Shown here: positions 18,179-29,295 of the stretch, piece after piece
How the letters are laid out: the number at the start of each line of letters is the position of its first letter
How positions within the stretch are numbered: position 1 is the stretch's first letter
Source of the DNA: a virus
Length of the DNA: 64,000 nucleotides
IMG/VR virus record: IMGVR_UViG_3300042907_001596
Coordinates: 64,001 to 128,000 of that record
Reading direction: 5' to 3' (one strand)
Made by a program: the position numbers and the translations under genes
The notes under the pieces: model-generated
Database searches by the model: none
What the model was told of the DNA's origin: nothing
The model's input: the letters and a program-made list of their open reading frames with translations, nothing else

Positions 18179-18598
18179 ATGTTGAGAGGTTTACGACTCA
18201 GCGTCTACCGCGCCGTCGATTTCCCCGACTGCACCAACGGCGGCATCAGCGGCAAGCATGCCCGCGTCACCGTGGTCGGCCGACTGGTCGGTGACACGGT
18301 GGTACCGCTGCCTGATGGGTGCTGCATCTCTGAGGCCGACGACGACGCCCCGGCCGTGGTGCTGGTGGAGTCGCGCTGCCCCGGCTACGACCCTACCCCG
18401 CACCTTGTCCCGCTGGAGTTCGTCCACGGCACCCCGGTCGACTGCGTCGGCCCGATGTCCGGCGGCAACTACGCCGGGACGACCGATAGCCGGTGGGGCC
18501 AACTGGGCAAGCTCTACGAGGGCTTGCGGCACCTGGACGCGGTGGCCATCCACGACCGCATCGAAACCTACGCCCAATACCGGGCACTGAGCCACTAA
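18179..18598 (+). CDS. Conserved phage hypothetical protein
   Basis: DCTNGGIS...GPMSGGNYA...DSR...IHDR pattern. Confidence 0.8.
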   Translation: MLRGLRLSVYRAVDFPDCTNGGISGKHARVTVVGRLVGDTVVPLPDGCCISEADDDAPAVVLVESRCPGYDPTPHLVPLEFVHGTPVDCVGPMSGGNYAGTTDSRWGQLGKLYEGLRHLDAVAIHDRIETYAQYRALSH

Positions 18599-18607
18599 GG
18601 AGGAGAC

Positions 18608-18952
18608 ATGGCGGAGCTACCACCGCCGCGCACCGATCTGCCCCAGGACAAACGTGCTTTGCGGCAGAACAAGATCGCCGCCAAGGTTCGGAAGATGTTT
18701 CCGCGAGGAGCCAGGGTGGAGTCCACGGTGATCTTCAGCGAGCCTGGTCTGGAGATCTTCGGCACCATCGTCGGGCACATCCCCGGCATGAGTGAGGACG
18801 GCGGGCGGCTGATCGTCCTGTGGGACAAACCGAACCCCTTCGGCGGTGGCCCGCACATCACCAACAAAGCGTGGGCCGGTGGCCTGCTGATCGTTGACCC
18901 CGACACCGGGCGCGGGATTGTTCGTCCCGGCTTTAAGGAGAAGAAGAAGTGA
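18608..18952 (+). CDS. Hypothetical protein
   Basis: RBS aggagg. Confidence 0.7.
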   Translation: MAELPPPRTDLPQDKRALRQNKIAAKVRKMFPRGARVESTVIFSEPGLEIFGTIVGHIPGMSEDGGRLIVLWDKPNPFGGGPHITNKAWAGGLLIVDPDTGRGIVRPGFKEKKK

Positions 18953-19335
18953 GCGACTACATCGAAATCCCCGACCTGCTGCTGCGCGAGATCGGGGAGG
19001 AACTGGTGGCCCTGTCGGGGCCTGTCGGCTCTACCGGGCGCGGCGACGTGCCGAAAGAGTTGATCGGCGTGCTGATCGACTACCTGGGCGAGGATCTGGG
19101 GTGTGATCACTCCGTCGGGATCTGCTGCTGCGGCACCGCCGCACTGGTGGCCGAACTGAGGCTTGCCCTCGACGGCAAGCAGTCCTGCGTCGCCTGCGGC
19201 GGGGACGGCACCGGCTGGGATGAAGCCAAGTACGAAGCGGCGAAGACAGCCGCGAGCGCCGAAGGTTTGTTCGTCAGCGACTTCGACGGGATGATCCAAT
19301 GCCCCGGCTGCGACGGCACCGGCGTTACGGAATAA
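18949..19335 (+). CDS. Protein with DnaJ-type CxxCxGxG Zn motifs
   Basis: CVACGGDG...CPGCDGTG. Confidence 0.7.
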   Translation: MSDYIEIPDLLLREIGEELVALSGPVGSTGRGDVPKELIGVLIDYLGEDLGCDHSVGICCCGTAALVAELRLALDGKQSCVACGGDGTGWDEAKYEAAKTAASAEGLFVSDFDGMIQCPGCDGTGVTE

Positions 19336-19354
19336 CCGCCGCGCCCCCCGCGTT
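19329..19354 (+). promoter_or_regulatory. GGAAT-N18-GTT promoter (copy 12)
   Basis: Exact spacing; overlaps upstream stop. Confidence 0.8.
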
Positions 19355-19397
19355 ATACCCAGTGACAGAGTTCCACCCAACAGAAGGAGACAAGAAC

Positions 19398-19604
19398 GTG
19401 AAACGCATCTACACGGTGTTCTATCACGAGAAAGGCGAGGACTACGGGCTGTACAGCCACCCCTCGCTGGTGGTGAAAGCCACCGACGTGGGCCGCGCTA
19501 TCGTGGCGGCGAAGAAGATCATCGACCTGCCTGCCCGCAGCATCGTGGTGGACGAGGTGTGCCTCGACATCCCCGGTGCCGAAGATCGGCTGGAGGTGGT
19601 CTGA
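19398..19604 (+). CDS. Hypothetical protein
   Basis: GTG after aaggagaca. Confidence 0.65.
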   Translation: MKRIYTVFYHEKGEDYGLYSHPSLVVKATDVGRAIVAAKKIIDLPARSIVVDEVCLDIPGAEDRLEVV

Positions 19605-19865
19605 ATGGCAACGAAGCCCATCTACGCGGACTTCCCCACCCGCTTCTCGACGTTGGAGGCCGACGCCAAAAGGGTCATTGCCTACACCAAGATCCTCAAC
19701 GACGAAGACTTGGATGAGGAAACCAGGAACATCTTCTCGTTCAAGACCACCCTGCGCCTGCTGAAGATGGAGAAGGAGCTTGGCCGCATCAAGAAGTTCC
19801 TTGAACTCACCCTCGACGCCGACGTTGCTGCGGACATCTCCGATGCGGTCGGTGAAGGAGAGTAA
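19605..19865 (+). CDS. Hypothetical protein
   Basis: ORF track; RBS ggagg. Confidence 0.7.
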   Translation: MATKPIYADFPTRFSTLEADAKRVIAYTKILNDEDLDEETRNIFSFKTTLRLLKMEKELGRIKKFLELTLDADVAADISDAVGEGE

Positions 19866-20185
19866 TGGCCAACGCCAAAGAGGTCGCAGACTCCCTCGAC
19901 GGCCTGGACGAGGTGTGGTACGTCATCAACCATTTCCTCAACCGGCTGCCCGTCGAGGAGAGGCTGCGGTTCCGACGGACGCTGATCCGCCGGTTGCGCC
20001 ACCCCGAAGTGGCCGACATCCCGTCCGTCCGCGACCGGTTCTTCGCCGCCCTGGACGGCCCCAGGAAGCGCCCCAGCTTCGACGCTCCGCTGTGCCTGTG
20101 CGGGTACGCGGCCGACAAACACGATTTGCTCACCGGCGAGTACGCCGAGTCGGGCTGTGAAGGTTTCACCGAAGTTCCCTCGTAA
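19865..20185 (+). CDS. Hypothetical protein with C-terminal Cys/His cluster
   Basis: CLCG...H...C. Confidence 0.7.
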   Translation: MANAKEVADSLDGLDEVWYVINHFLNRLPVEERLRFRRTLIRRLRHPEVADIPSVRDRFFAALDGPRKRPSFDAPLCLCGYAADKHDLLTGEYAESGCEGFTEVPS

Positions 20186-20199
20186 ACAAAGGACAGAGC

Positions 20200-20439
20200 A
20201 TGGCTGGTAAAAAGCAGATCCCTGCGGCGGAGTACAAGCAGTACCCGCTGCACTATTTCCGCGACAAGTGCGGGAATCTCTACTACGTCCACATGGACAT
20301 CCACGACCAGGATGGCCCGGTGTACATCAAGCAGGTGGCCGACCACGTCCGCATCGACAAGGTGACTTCGGAGCAGTGGGGGAACGCCATTCTCAATCAC
20401 GGCATGTACGAGGAAGGAACGGACAAATGGGTGAACTGA
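20200..20439 (+). CDS. Hypothetical protein
   Basis: ORF track. Confidence 0.65.
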   Translation: MAGKKQIPAAEYKQYPLHYFRDKCGNLYYVHMDIHDQDGPVYIKQVADHVRIDKVTSEQWGNAILNHGMYEEGTDKWVN

Positions 20440-20831
20440 CGACCGACTACGACTGGTTTGTGCTGGCTGCGCCGGTGTTTGAGTTCGCGCTCATCCTGAA
20501 GGCGGCAGAACTGGATCCGCCCGACATCCTCGACTACTTTGAGAAGCCGTGGAAGTGGGTGCCGGAACGCCGCGCCTGGGTCAACGCCGGACGCCCGCAG
20601 CCGCCGGACGGCGGCGAAACCTCACTGCCGTGGGAGAAGTTCCTGCGCGGGTGGGAACGGTTCCTGCGCGGAGAGGTATGCCTGGGAGACGGCGGTTTTT
20701 ACCTCGTTGATAGCGATGACGACCCGAAGACCCTTGCGGAGGCCCTGGATGCCACGCAGACGGGCGAGGAGTTCGCCCAGGTGCTGGCGGGCCTGTTCAC
20801 CACGTTAGAGAGGCAGCGCGACGATGAGTAA
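20427..20831 (+). CDS. Hypothetical protein
   Basis: ATG 20427. Confidence 0.65.
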   Translation: MGELTTDYDWFVLAAPVFEFALILKAAELDPPDILDYFEKPWKWVPERRAWVNAGRPQPPDGGETSLPWEKFLRGWERFLRGEVCLGDGGFYLVDSDDDPKTLAEALDATQTGEEFAQVLAGLFTTLERQRDDE

Positions 20832-21153
20832 AGCCCGCGAGCAGATCCGCGCCGTAGTGCGCTCGTCGGCCGGGTTCGACCCGACCGGCACGGTGCGTCG
20901 GTGCATCACCAACTGGGGCTTCGCCCACTACATCAAGCTGTCCCAGTCGCCGGGGGAGCCGTGCTGGATGTGCTACGACTGCTACGGGCCGACCGACGAC
21001 ATCCTGCCCGACAGCAGCTTCCTCACCGACGTTCAGATGGACGAGCGCAACGACACCGAAGTGGTGTACGTCCCGATGGACGACAAGACGTGGGCGAGGA
21101 TCCACGGCCTCAATCCCGAACCGGCGATCGACGCCCACGACGAGATCGCCTGA
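20824..21153 (+). CDS. Hypothetical protein
   Basis: ORF track. Confidence 0.65.
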   Translation: MSKAREQIRAVVRSSAGFDPTGTVRRCITNWGFAHYIKLSQSPGEPCWMCYDCYGPTDDILPDSSFLTDVQMDERNDTEVVYVPMDDKTWARIHGLNPEPAIDAHDEIA

Positions 21154-21197
21154 TATACGTTCGGGAAACTGATCTTTTCTGCGCTGTGCGGAACGGG

Positions 21198-21223
21198 GGA
21201 ATAATCCGAACCGCTGTGGCGTT
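21198..21223 (+). promoter_or_regulatory. GGAAT-N18-GTT promoter (copy 13)
   Basis: Exact spacing. Confidence 0.8.
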
Positions 21224-21267
21224 CTATTAAGTGGAGAGGGGAAACGCCCCGACCAGGAGGGAACGTC

Positions 21268-21384
21268 ATGGCCACCGCCATCGCCGCCGGGAGTTTCGGC
21301 TTCGCTGGGATTCACGCTGTTGCTATCGCCTTGCTCGCCAAGGTGTCCTTCAAGAAGGCGAAGAAGGAGGCGGAGGCGGAGTAA
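21268..21384 (+). CDS. Small membrane protein (38 aa)
   Basis: RBS aggagg; hydrophobic stretch then KKAKK; translated by hand. Confidence 0.55.
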   Translation: MATAIAAGSFGFAGIHAVAIALLAKVSFKKAKKEAEAE

Positions 21385-21393
21385 TCCCCTTCG

Positions 21394-21419
21394 GGAATAA
21401 TCGTCTGCCCGGTGCTGTT
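21394..21419 (+). promoter_or_regulatory. GGAAT-N18-GTT promoter (copy 14)
   Basis: Exact spacing. Confidence 0.75.
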
Positions 21420-21451
21420 GTACCGGGCAGATCGCTAGAGAAGGAGACATC

Positions 21452-22585
21452 GTGAGCGACACCGGCAACGCCATCAAGTCGGCGGAGGCCATGCTGCGGC
21501 ACTGCGCCGTCGACCAGCAGCTAGCCCCCGCCATCCTGGCCGGGACAGCCCCCAAAGGGGTGTATCAAGACCTGTCGGTGTCGTGGCGGGCCAACATCGT
21601 GCGCGGCAACGCCGCCACCAAGCTGTGGCGGGCCGAAGGCCGTCAGACGTTGGCGATCCACCCCGAAGTCGTGCGCGAAGTCAGCAAGGCATCGTCGTCT
21701 AAGTTCCCGGCCGAGATCCTGCGGGCCATCCCGTACATCAACCCGATGGTCGTCTTCTCCGACCCGCCGATTCTCAAGACGTGGCGGGAGCGCACCCAGG
21801 CCAGCCGTCTGATGCCGTACGCCGCGAAAGAGGACGGACTGCGCCTCGTCGGATTCTTTGTGTACGGGCAGAAGCACGGGGTTGTCGCTACGCCGGAGTC
21901 CGACGCGCACGAACACATCGCCATGAAGAAGATGGCCGGAATCGTCACCTCCACCCACGCCCCCGACGCCCAGACGATCGGGATGACGGCGATCTTTGAG
22001 GTGCTAGACGCCGCAGGCAAACGCCTCGACATGGAGGCTGCCAGCTTCTCCGTGCCCCTCCAGGGCGACTACACCCTCGCCCAACTGGTGGACGATCAGG
22101 TGGAGCGGTTTACGTTCGCCGTCGGATCCGCCACCGAACTGAAAAGGGCGTGGGTCACGGAGGTCTACAAGATCTTGGTGGGCACGATGCTCTACCTCTG
22201 CTCGACGGTGCTGGACGCCGAACGGGTGCCGACGGTAACCACCAAGCACCTGGCGAAGACCATCGCCCGCAAGCCGCTCAGTTTCTACCGGGTGGGCTGG
22301 ACGCTGGGTGCGGCGCTGACGAAGTACCGCCAGGCCCAGAGCCGGGGTGAAGGTAGCCAGCAGGGCGACCTCGCCCACCAGCAGGATCCGCAGCACCGCA
22401 AGTGCCACTTCCGCATGCAATGGTACGGCCCGCGCTCCGCGCACGCCTGCGAACTGATGCGCAACACCTGCGACTGCGACGGCCGACACCGCGAATGGAT
22501 CTTCATCGCCCCGTACTGGACGCACCGCGAACGGTTGGGTGTCGCCGGAATCAACACGGTGCGCCGTGTCCCCAAAACGGCGTGA
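21452..22585 (+). CDS. Hypothetical protein, possibly AcrVA2/FinQ-like
   Basis: C-terminal PQHRKCHFRMQWYG...WIFIAPYW resembles the PHxRRGHW...W..P motif; family call is tentative. Confidence 0.6.
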   Translation: MSDTGNAIKSAEAMLRHCAVDQQLAPAILAGTAPKGVYQDLSVSWRANIVRGNAATKLWRAEGRQTLAIHPEVVREVSKASSSKFPAEILRAIPYINPMVVFSDPPILKTWRERTQASRLMPYAAKEDGLRLVGFFVYGQKHGVVATPESDAHEHIAMKKMAGIVTSTHAPDAQTIGMTAIFEVLDAAGKRLDMEAASFSVPLQGDYTLAQLVDDQVERFTFAVGSATELKRAWVTEVYKILVGTMLYLCSTVLDAERVPTVTTKHLAKTIARKPLSFYRVGWTLGAALTKYRQAQSRGEGSQQGDLAHQQDPQHRKCHFRMQWYGPRSAHACELMRNTCDCDGRHREWIFIAPYWTHRERLGVAGINTVRRVPKTA

Positions 22586-22608
22586 GGCAAGGCAAAATAG
22601 TGGCTGTG

Positions 22609-22926
22609 ATGAAAGGCCCTTACTCCCGCGCCAAAGTGTTGCGGAACGCCCTAACCATGCTGGACGAAGACCGGCTACATGCCCAACCGGACGGCACCAT
22701 CATCGTCGCCGGAATTAAAGAGCACGCCGGAGTCTTCACCCTCGTCAAGAACGGCCCTTTCTGGTTCAGCTTCATCATCGACGGCGACACCTTGGAACTG
22801 GAGATGATGTGTACCCCAGAGCCTCCCGGCTTGCTGGTGCTGTACGGCGACGAAGACGACGAAGATATGTACGAGCCGTTCGCCCCCATCCTGGCGCTCC
22901 TCCCCGGCGGCAAAGACGAGGAATAA
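22609..22926 (+). CDS. Hypothetical protein
   Basis: ATG 22609; ends in promoter-overlapping stop. Confidence 0.65.
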   Translation: MKGPYSRAKVLRNALTMLDEDRLHAQPDGTIIVAGIKEHAGVFTLVKNGPFWFSFIIDGDTLELEMMCTPEPPGLLVLYGDEDDEDMYEPFAPILALLPGGKDEE

Positions 22927-22945
22927 CCACCCCCTCCCCGGCGTT
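22920..22945 (+). promoter_or_regulatory. GGAAT-N18-GTT promoter (copy 15)
   Basis: Exact spacing; overlaps upstream stop. Confidence 0.8.
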
Positions 22946-22987
22946 GTACAAGATGGAGGGAGCGGTTCCCTCCAGAGGGGAGTTCCC

Positions 22988-23224
22988 ATGACAGACCTGG
23001 GCCTTCGGATGGACAGAGCCGTCGTAGTCGGCACCAAGTGGACGAAGTACGAAGACGGCTTCTACGCCGACGTGCGCGGCCTGGAGTGCCGCGTCACCGG
23101 CGGCGGCGGCTCCTGGTGGACGGCTTACGTCGGAGAAGGATTCGACGGCAGCATCGGTGCCTACCCCACAGCGGCGGAAGCCAAGAAGGCAATCATCGAC
23201 TTAGCACTGGAAGGGATGGAGTAA
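22988..23224 (+). CDS. Hypothetical protein
   Basis: ORF track. Confidence 0.7.
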   Translation: MTDLGLRMDRAVVVGTKWTKYEDGFYADVRGLECRVTGGGGSWWTAYVGEGFDGSIGAYPTAAEAKKAIIDLALEGME

Positions 23225-23455
23225 ATGAGCTACCACGACTGCCTGGACGGCCCCAAGGGCTGCGAAGGCGAAACCTTTGAGCGACTGACCCGCAGCGGGT
23301 CGGGGATGCGATTCCCGCGCTGCGAGAAGCACTACGTCGAGTACGCCGAACGGATGGACGCTGTCCACGCCGAAACCCGGCGGCGCTACCCCCGGTCGGC
23401 CCCCGCCGACTTCGACCCGGCCTACGCCGGGGAGCGGTGGGACGACGACTACTGA
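23225..23455 (+). CDS. Conserved actinophage small protein
   Basis: CLDG...C...FPRCEKH...FDPAYAGERWDDD. Confidence 0.7.
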   Translation: MSYHDCLDGPKGCEGETFERLTRSGSGMRFPRCEKHYVEYAERMDAVHAETRRRYPRSAPADFDPAYAGERWDDDY

Positions 23456-23638
23456 GCCACCCATATGCAGGGCTGGGCGTCAAACCAGTACGGGCCACAT
23501 ACCCATCTCCCTGGCAAGCCTAGCTCACGACCCTGACCCCCTTTCTGAAGGAGAGGTTAGTGCTGCGCCCCGCCCTGCCCCCCCCAACTCTCAGAAACTT
23601 CTTATCTTCGGTGATGAGGCAGCGAATCGCACGCTTAG

Positions 23639-24351
<713 letters not shown>

Positions 24352-24356
24352 GAGTC

Positions 24357-24388
24357 CCTGTACCCCTCCCTGCCAGCAGCCAGAAGAG
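24357..24388 (+). promoter_or_regulatory. Putative late promoter CCTGT-N22-AAGAG
   Basis: Precedes the tail-protein cluster. Confidence 0.6.
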
Positions 24389-24416
24389 ATAGAGAGCTTG
24401 CTGACCGGAGGATTGC

Positions 24417-27400
24417 ATGCCGCCGACAATCTTGAAACGGAACCTGGAGTTCCACTTTCCGCGAGCGGTGTCGGCTGTCGGCCAACTTCCGCAGACGCTG
24501 GAGGTGGTCGTCGTTCCGCTGTCCGACCCTTCGGGGCCGGATCAGGGCACCTACGTTGGTGGACTACAGCGGCAGACGGTGCTGCTGGACGACGACGATA
24601 ACGTCCTCGTCTTCTCCCTCGTCCCTACCGCTTCGCCGCAACTGCTCGCCCCCGTCAGGTATCGGGTGGCCTGGCGCGACGGCGGCGTCGTCGGGCGCAC
24701 CTACACCTACGACTTCGCTATGCCGGATGCTGATACCCGGTTTGACGAACTAGGCGACCTGGGCCAGATCATCGGTGGGGAAGCCTACCTCCAGCAGACC
24801 GACCTGGGTGTCCCCGGCCGGGTGGCCCGCCTCAACTCCTCCGGTATCCCGATCACCTCCACCGGTGTCGCCTTGGCGACTTCGGCGTCGGTCACCTCGC
24901 TGTCTACCAGCCTGACGGCTGAAACCACCGCCCGCACTTCCGGCGACACCAACACCTTGGCGACGGCCAACGCCTACACCAACCAGCAGACCAGCGCACT
25001 GTCCTCGACGCTCACCGCCAGCCAAAGCGCTTTATCGACCTCGCTGAACACAGCGATCACCAACGAAAGTGCCGCCCGCGCCACCGCCGTCGCCGCCGAA
25101 ATCACCGCCCGCACCGCCGCCGACACCGCGCTGGGGTACCGCATTGACGCGCTGGACGCCACCATCACCGGCGACACCTCCACCCTCGACAACAAAGCCG
25201 ACCTGGACGCTTCCGGCCGTGTCCCGATCAGCCAGATCCCCCGCGAAGCCATCACCAGCGCCGTCAGTGTGGCCAACCAAGCGGAGATGCTGGCGCTGAC
25301 CACCGAGCAGGTGCAGCCCGGTGACCTTGCGGTGCGCCCCGACGGTGTGTACGGGCTGTTCTCCACCAACCCGGCGGTGCTCAGCAACTGGGTGCCGCTG
25401 AGCAAAATCAGTTCCGTCAACGGTTACCAAGGCGAGATCAACCTGACCGCCGCCGACGTAGGGGCTATCCCCATCGGATCGTCCATTCCCGTCAGTCAAG
25501 TCATCGGACTCCAGACGGCGCTAGATGCGAAGGCGTCCACGACACAACTGTCGTCGCTGACTACGACCGTCAACGCATTGCAGAACGACTCCACCGTCGT
25601 CCGCACCGTCAGCGGCACCATCCCGCCGACGCTGCTGGGCACGACGGTGGCGTACATTGACGGCAGCAACAACGTCGTCAACAAAGCCGGAACGATCATT
25701 GCGGCCGGAACCGGCAACGTCGCGTCCGTCAACGGCCTCACCGGTGCGATCACGCTGACGGCCACGAACGTCGGGGCCATCGCCACCGGCTCCGCCCTGC
25801 CGATCAGTCAGATCACCGGCCTTCAGACCGCGTTGGACGCCAAAGTCGGCACCTCCGACTCCCGGCTGACCAACAGCCGCACCCCGACGGCCCACGCCGC
25901 CAGCCACGCCTCCGGCGGCTCCGACGCCCTCACGCTGGCCGTTACCCAGATCACCGGCCTCCAGACCGCGTTGGACGCCAAGACCGCCGCCACCGCGACC
26001 ACCGCCCTCACCAACCGGGTGTCGACACTGGAAACGCAGGTGACCAACCTGACCTCCGGCGGCGGCGGATCCCCGGTCAGCAAGGACGTGTGGTGGGATT
26101 CCGCCAGCATCGTGTCCGGCCAGACCACCGCCCCGGCGTTCAAAACCGCCGGGGTGCGACTGAAGTCGCCGTTCGGCAAAGCCGCCAGCGGACAGTTCTA
26201 CATCGACCCGGCCGGGGCGGCGGAGAACGAAACCCTCTGGCCGTACATCACCCCGATGGGCCACCTGGAGCTACGCAAGTGGGATGAGACGGCCGGGGCG
26301 GATGTCGTCTACGCCCCGCAGGCCGCGCTGGACGCCACTAACACCACCGTTAACCTCAAAGCCAGCAAGGTCGACCTGGCGCTGGTCGACACCGCCGTCC
26401 GCGCCAAAGCCAACCAGGCCGACCTGGAGGCGATGCAGGCCGCGCTGGCAGCCAAAGCGACCGTCATTTCCGTCAACGCTCTGTCTACCGCAATCACCGG
26501 CCTGGCGACCCAGGCTTCCGTCAACGCTTTGACGACGACCGTCACGAACAAAGCCAGCACCGCCGAGGTCAACACTTTGACAACCACGGTGGCCACCAAG
26601 GCGTCGCAAGCCGAACTGGACACGGCGAAGGCCGCGATCGTCACCCTCAACACCGCGCTCACCAACAAAGCCGACCTGATCACCGTCGGTGTGGACAAGA
26701 AGATCCCGCTAGCCCAGATCCCCATCGGCATCCCGGTGTCGTCCGTCAACGGTCTTACTGAAGCCCTCGTCGCCAAGGCATCGCTGGTGAGCGGCAAAAT
26801 CTTGGTCGACCAGATCCCCACTTTGCCGATCAGCCAGATCACCGATTTGCAAACCACCCTCGACGGCAAAGCCTCGCTGGTCAACGGCAAGCTGGCGAGC
26901 AGCCAGATCCCGGCCATCGCGACCCACGAGACGTTCGCGGTGGCCTCCAGGGCAGCCATGATGGGCCTCAGTAGCTCGCAGGTGCAGATCGGTGACCAGT
27001 GCATCATCACCAGCGGCACCGACGCGGGAACCTACACCCTTATCGCGAGTGACCCGTCGCAGTTCGGCAACTGGCTGTACAACACGGTGCGCGGCACGGT
27101 GTCGTCGGTCAACACCCAGACCGGTGCCGTCAACCTGACCGCCGACAACGTCAACGCCTGGTCGAAAGACAGCCTCATCCCGATTGCCAGCATCAACGGG
27201 CTGACCGGGCGACTCGACGGCTTGGCGACGACCAGCGCACTGACCACCGGCCTGGCCGACAAGCAGTCAGCCGAAGGGGTGCGCAGCATCATTTCCGGCA
27301 GCCCGCAGATCAAGCAGGCAGCCGATTACGTCGCTACCACCGCCGTCGGAACCCTCAGCGGTGCGCAGACCATCGACGGCGTCTCCACCGTTCCCGGTAA

Positions 27401-27965
27401 GGTTGTCTTGCTGACCGCCCAGGTCGACCCGATCGCTAACGGGGTGTATGTCACCGGCACCAGTGCGTGGACGCGGGCCACCGATATGTCGACCGGATCC
27501 TATCTGGTGCGCGGCACCATCGTGAACGTCACCGGCGGGTCGGTGTTCGCCAACACCGTCTGGCAAGTCACCTCCGCGTCCGGTGTGGTCGGCACGAACG
27601 TCACCAACTGGGTCAAGGTGCTTCAGTCCGGCACCGGCGGGGCGTACACCGCCGGGAATGGTGTAGCACTGACTGCCGGAGCTTTCTCCGCCAAACCCGA
27701 CCGGGGCATCACTGTCGGGCCGTCGGGCATCGCCACCAACCCGGCCGTCGTCGCCCACAAGTTCATCGGGGACATCCCCGGCGGCTCGACGGTCTGTTCG
27801 GTCAACCATGGACTGAACACCCAATGGCCGCTAGTGCAGGTGATCTCCGTAGCCTCCGGTGCCGCCGTTCTCGTCGGGTGGACAGTCACCGGCCCCAACA
27901 CCGTCTCCTTTGAGTTCGCCACCACGCCGCAGTCCGGCCAGTGGAAGGTCGTCGTCCTTGGCTAG
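24417..27965 (+). CDS. Large tail fibre-like / minor tail protein
   Basis: Thr/Ala-rich; repeated SVNG.TG.V.LTA, ISQITGLQTALDAK and LD..G.IP.SQIP fibre-type repeats. Confidence 0.75.
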   Translation: MPPTILKRNLEFHFPRAVSAVGQLPQTLEVVVVPLSDPSGPDQGTYVGGLQRQTVLLDDDDNVLVFSLVPTASPQLLAPVRYRVAWRDGGVVGRTYTYDFAMPDADTRFDELGDLGQIIGGEAYLQQTDLGVPGRVARLNSSGIPITSTGVALATSASVTSLSTSLTAETTARTSGDTNTLATANAYTNQQTSALSSTLTASQSALSTSLNTAITNESAARATAVAAEITARTAADTALGYRIDALDATITGDTSTLDNKADLDASGRVPISQIPREAITSAVSVANQAEMLALTTEQVQPGDLAVRPDGVYGLFSTNPAVLSNWVPLSKISSVNGYQGEINLTAADVGAIPIGSSIPVSQVIGLQTALDAKASTTQLSSLTTTVNALQNDSTVVRTVSGTIPPTLLGTTVAYIDGSNNVVNKAGTIIAAGTGNVASVNGLTGAITLTATNVGAIATGSALPISQITGLQTALDAKVGTSDSRLTNSRTPTAHAASHASGGSDALTLAVTQITGLQTALDAKTAATATTALTNRVSTLETQVTNLTSGGGGSPVSKDVWWDSASIVSGQTTAPAFKTAGVRLKSPFGKAASGQFYIDPAGAAENETLWPYITPMGHLELRKWDETAGADVVYAPQAALDATNTTVNLKASKVDLALVDTAVRAKANQADLEAMQAALAAKATVISVNALSTAITGLATQASVNALTTTVTNKASTAEVNTLTTTVATKASQAELDTAKAAIVTLNTALTNKADLITVGVDKKIPLAQIPIGIPVSSVNGLTEALVAKASLVSGKILVDQIPTLPISQITDLQTTLDGKASLVNGKLASSQIPAIATHETFAVASRAAMMGLSSSQVQIGDQCIITSGTDAGTYTLIASDPSQFGNWLYNTVRGTVSSVNTQTGAVNLTADNVNAWSKDSLIPIASINGLTGRLDGLATTSALTTGLADKQSAEGVRSIISGSPQIKQAADYVATTAVGTLSGAQTIDGVSTVPGKVVLLTAQVDPIANGVYVTGTSAWTRATDMSTGSYLVRGTIVNVTGGSVFANTVWQVTSASGVVGTNVTNWVKVLQSGTGGAYTAGNGVALTAGAFSAKPDRGITVGPSGIATNPAVVAHKFIGDIPGGSTVCSVNHGLNTQWPLVQVISVASGAAVLVGWTVTGPNTVSFEFATTPQSGQWKVVVLG

Positions 27966-29292
27966 CTACACTGCCGCCGCCACGCTGGCTGTCACGGCGG
28001 GCAGGATCACCGACACCTATCCCACCGCGAAGATCGCGGTACGTTCCGCCAACCCCGCGCTGGCGGTGACAGCAACGCCGACCGCTATCGACGTGTCGAC
28101 GGCAAACATCTTGCGATTCGTCGGGCCGTCGGCATCCGGCGATAACGATCTGATCACGCAAGGAAACTTGCTGGCTTTGCTGCCCGACACCGTCGATGTG
28201 CCGCAAGCGCAGACACTGATCAACGCCGCTTTGGCGACGTACGCCGACGACACTTACGTCGACACCCGCGATGCGCTGCTGGCCACCTCCGAATACATCG
28301 ACACCGCCGACGCCACCCGACTGGCCAAAGCTAACCTCAACAAGCCGGGTTTTCCGTTCACACTGGACTCCGCCGGGAAAGTACCGGCATCACTGGCTGC
28401 AAGCCTGCAACGCTATCCCCGCACTGCGATGATTGCCACCACCGGCTCCGGCTCCACCACGTCGGAGACGACGATCGGCAGCCTCATCCCCATCCCCGAC
28501 CCCGGCTACAACTACAAGCTGATGGTCACCGGCACAGTGCATGCCCAGATCAACCGGGACAACGGGGAGTACCCGAAGATCGTGGCCGTCCGCGCCGACA
28601 ACACTGTCGTCGGCATCGGCTACGGCATCGCGGAAGGCTACCAAACCCCAGTACCAGACGGTCAATCCAGCCAGATCTACCTGGCCACCGCCGTCACGCT
28701 GGACGCCAACAACACCTGGACAAACCTTCCGAACTGGACTCCGGTCAGCACCGGGATCTACACCGCCTCCCTCAGCGGCAACGGCATTTTGGTGAACAAA
28801 ACCATGAAAGCTGCGACAATCTCCGCGTCGCTGGCCTTTACCGGCGCGGCAGCCCCGCTGGGCGGAGCGACTGCCTCGCAGATCCGCATCGTCAACGTGT
28901 CTACCCAAACCATCGTGGCGACCTCCGCCGCCGTTACCGCCGCCAGCGGCACCGCCACGGTCACTGCGACTATCGCCCCCCTCGCCGGACAGGTGTACGT
29001 CGTGCAGGCGTTGACCAGAAACTCCGGCACGCTCTACAACCCCACCCTCAACGCCGGGAGCCTAGCCACCTGGACGGCAGGCTCGACAAGAACCCTGACC
29101 ATCACTGCCGCCACCGCGACCGGGCAGACCTCCTCCGATATCCCGATCATCCCGCAGATCACCAACCAGTCCACGATCGCCGCCGGAACCTCCACGACCG
29201 TGTCGCTGCGCATCCAGAACCCCGCCTCCGGCGGCACCGTGTCCACCGTCAACTACAGCCCGTATCTGTGGGTTGTCCCGATTCCGGCATAG
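27958..29292 (+). CDS. Minor tail / virion protein
   Basis: TTG start overlapping upstream gene after ggaagg; Thr/Ala-rich; YVDTRDA and LDSAGKVPAS motifs. Confidence 0.7.
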   Translation: MASYTAAATLAVTAGRITDTYPTAKIAVRSANPALAVTATPTAIDVSTANILRFVGPSASGDNDLITQGNLLALLPDTVDVPQAQTLINAALATYADDTYVDTRDALLATSEYIDTADATRLAKANLNKPGFPFTLDSAGKVPASLAASLQRYPRTAMIATTGSGSTTSETTIGSLIPIPDPGYNYKLMVTGTVHAQINRDNGEYPKIVAVRADNTVVGIGYGIAEGYQTPVPDGQSSQIYLATAVTLDANNTWTNLPNWTPVSTGIYTASLSGNGILVNKTMKAATISASLAFTGAAAPLGGATASQIRIVNVSTQTIVATSAAVTAASGTATVTATIAPLAGQVYVVQALTRNSGTLYNPTLNAGSLATWTAGSTRTLTITAATATGQTSSDIPIIPQITNQSTIAAGTSTTVSLRIQNPASGGTVSTVNYSPYLWVVPIPA

Positions 29293-29295
29293 ACC

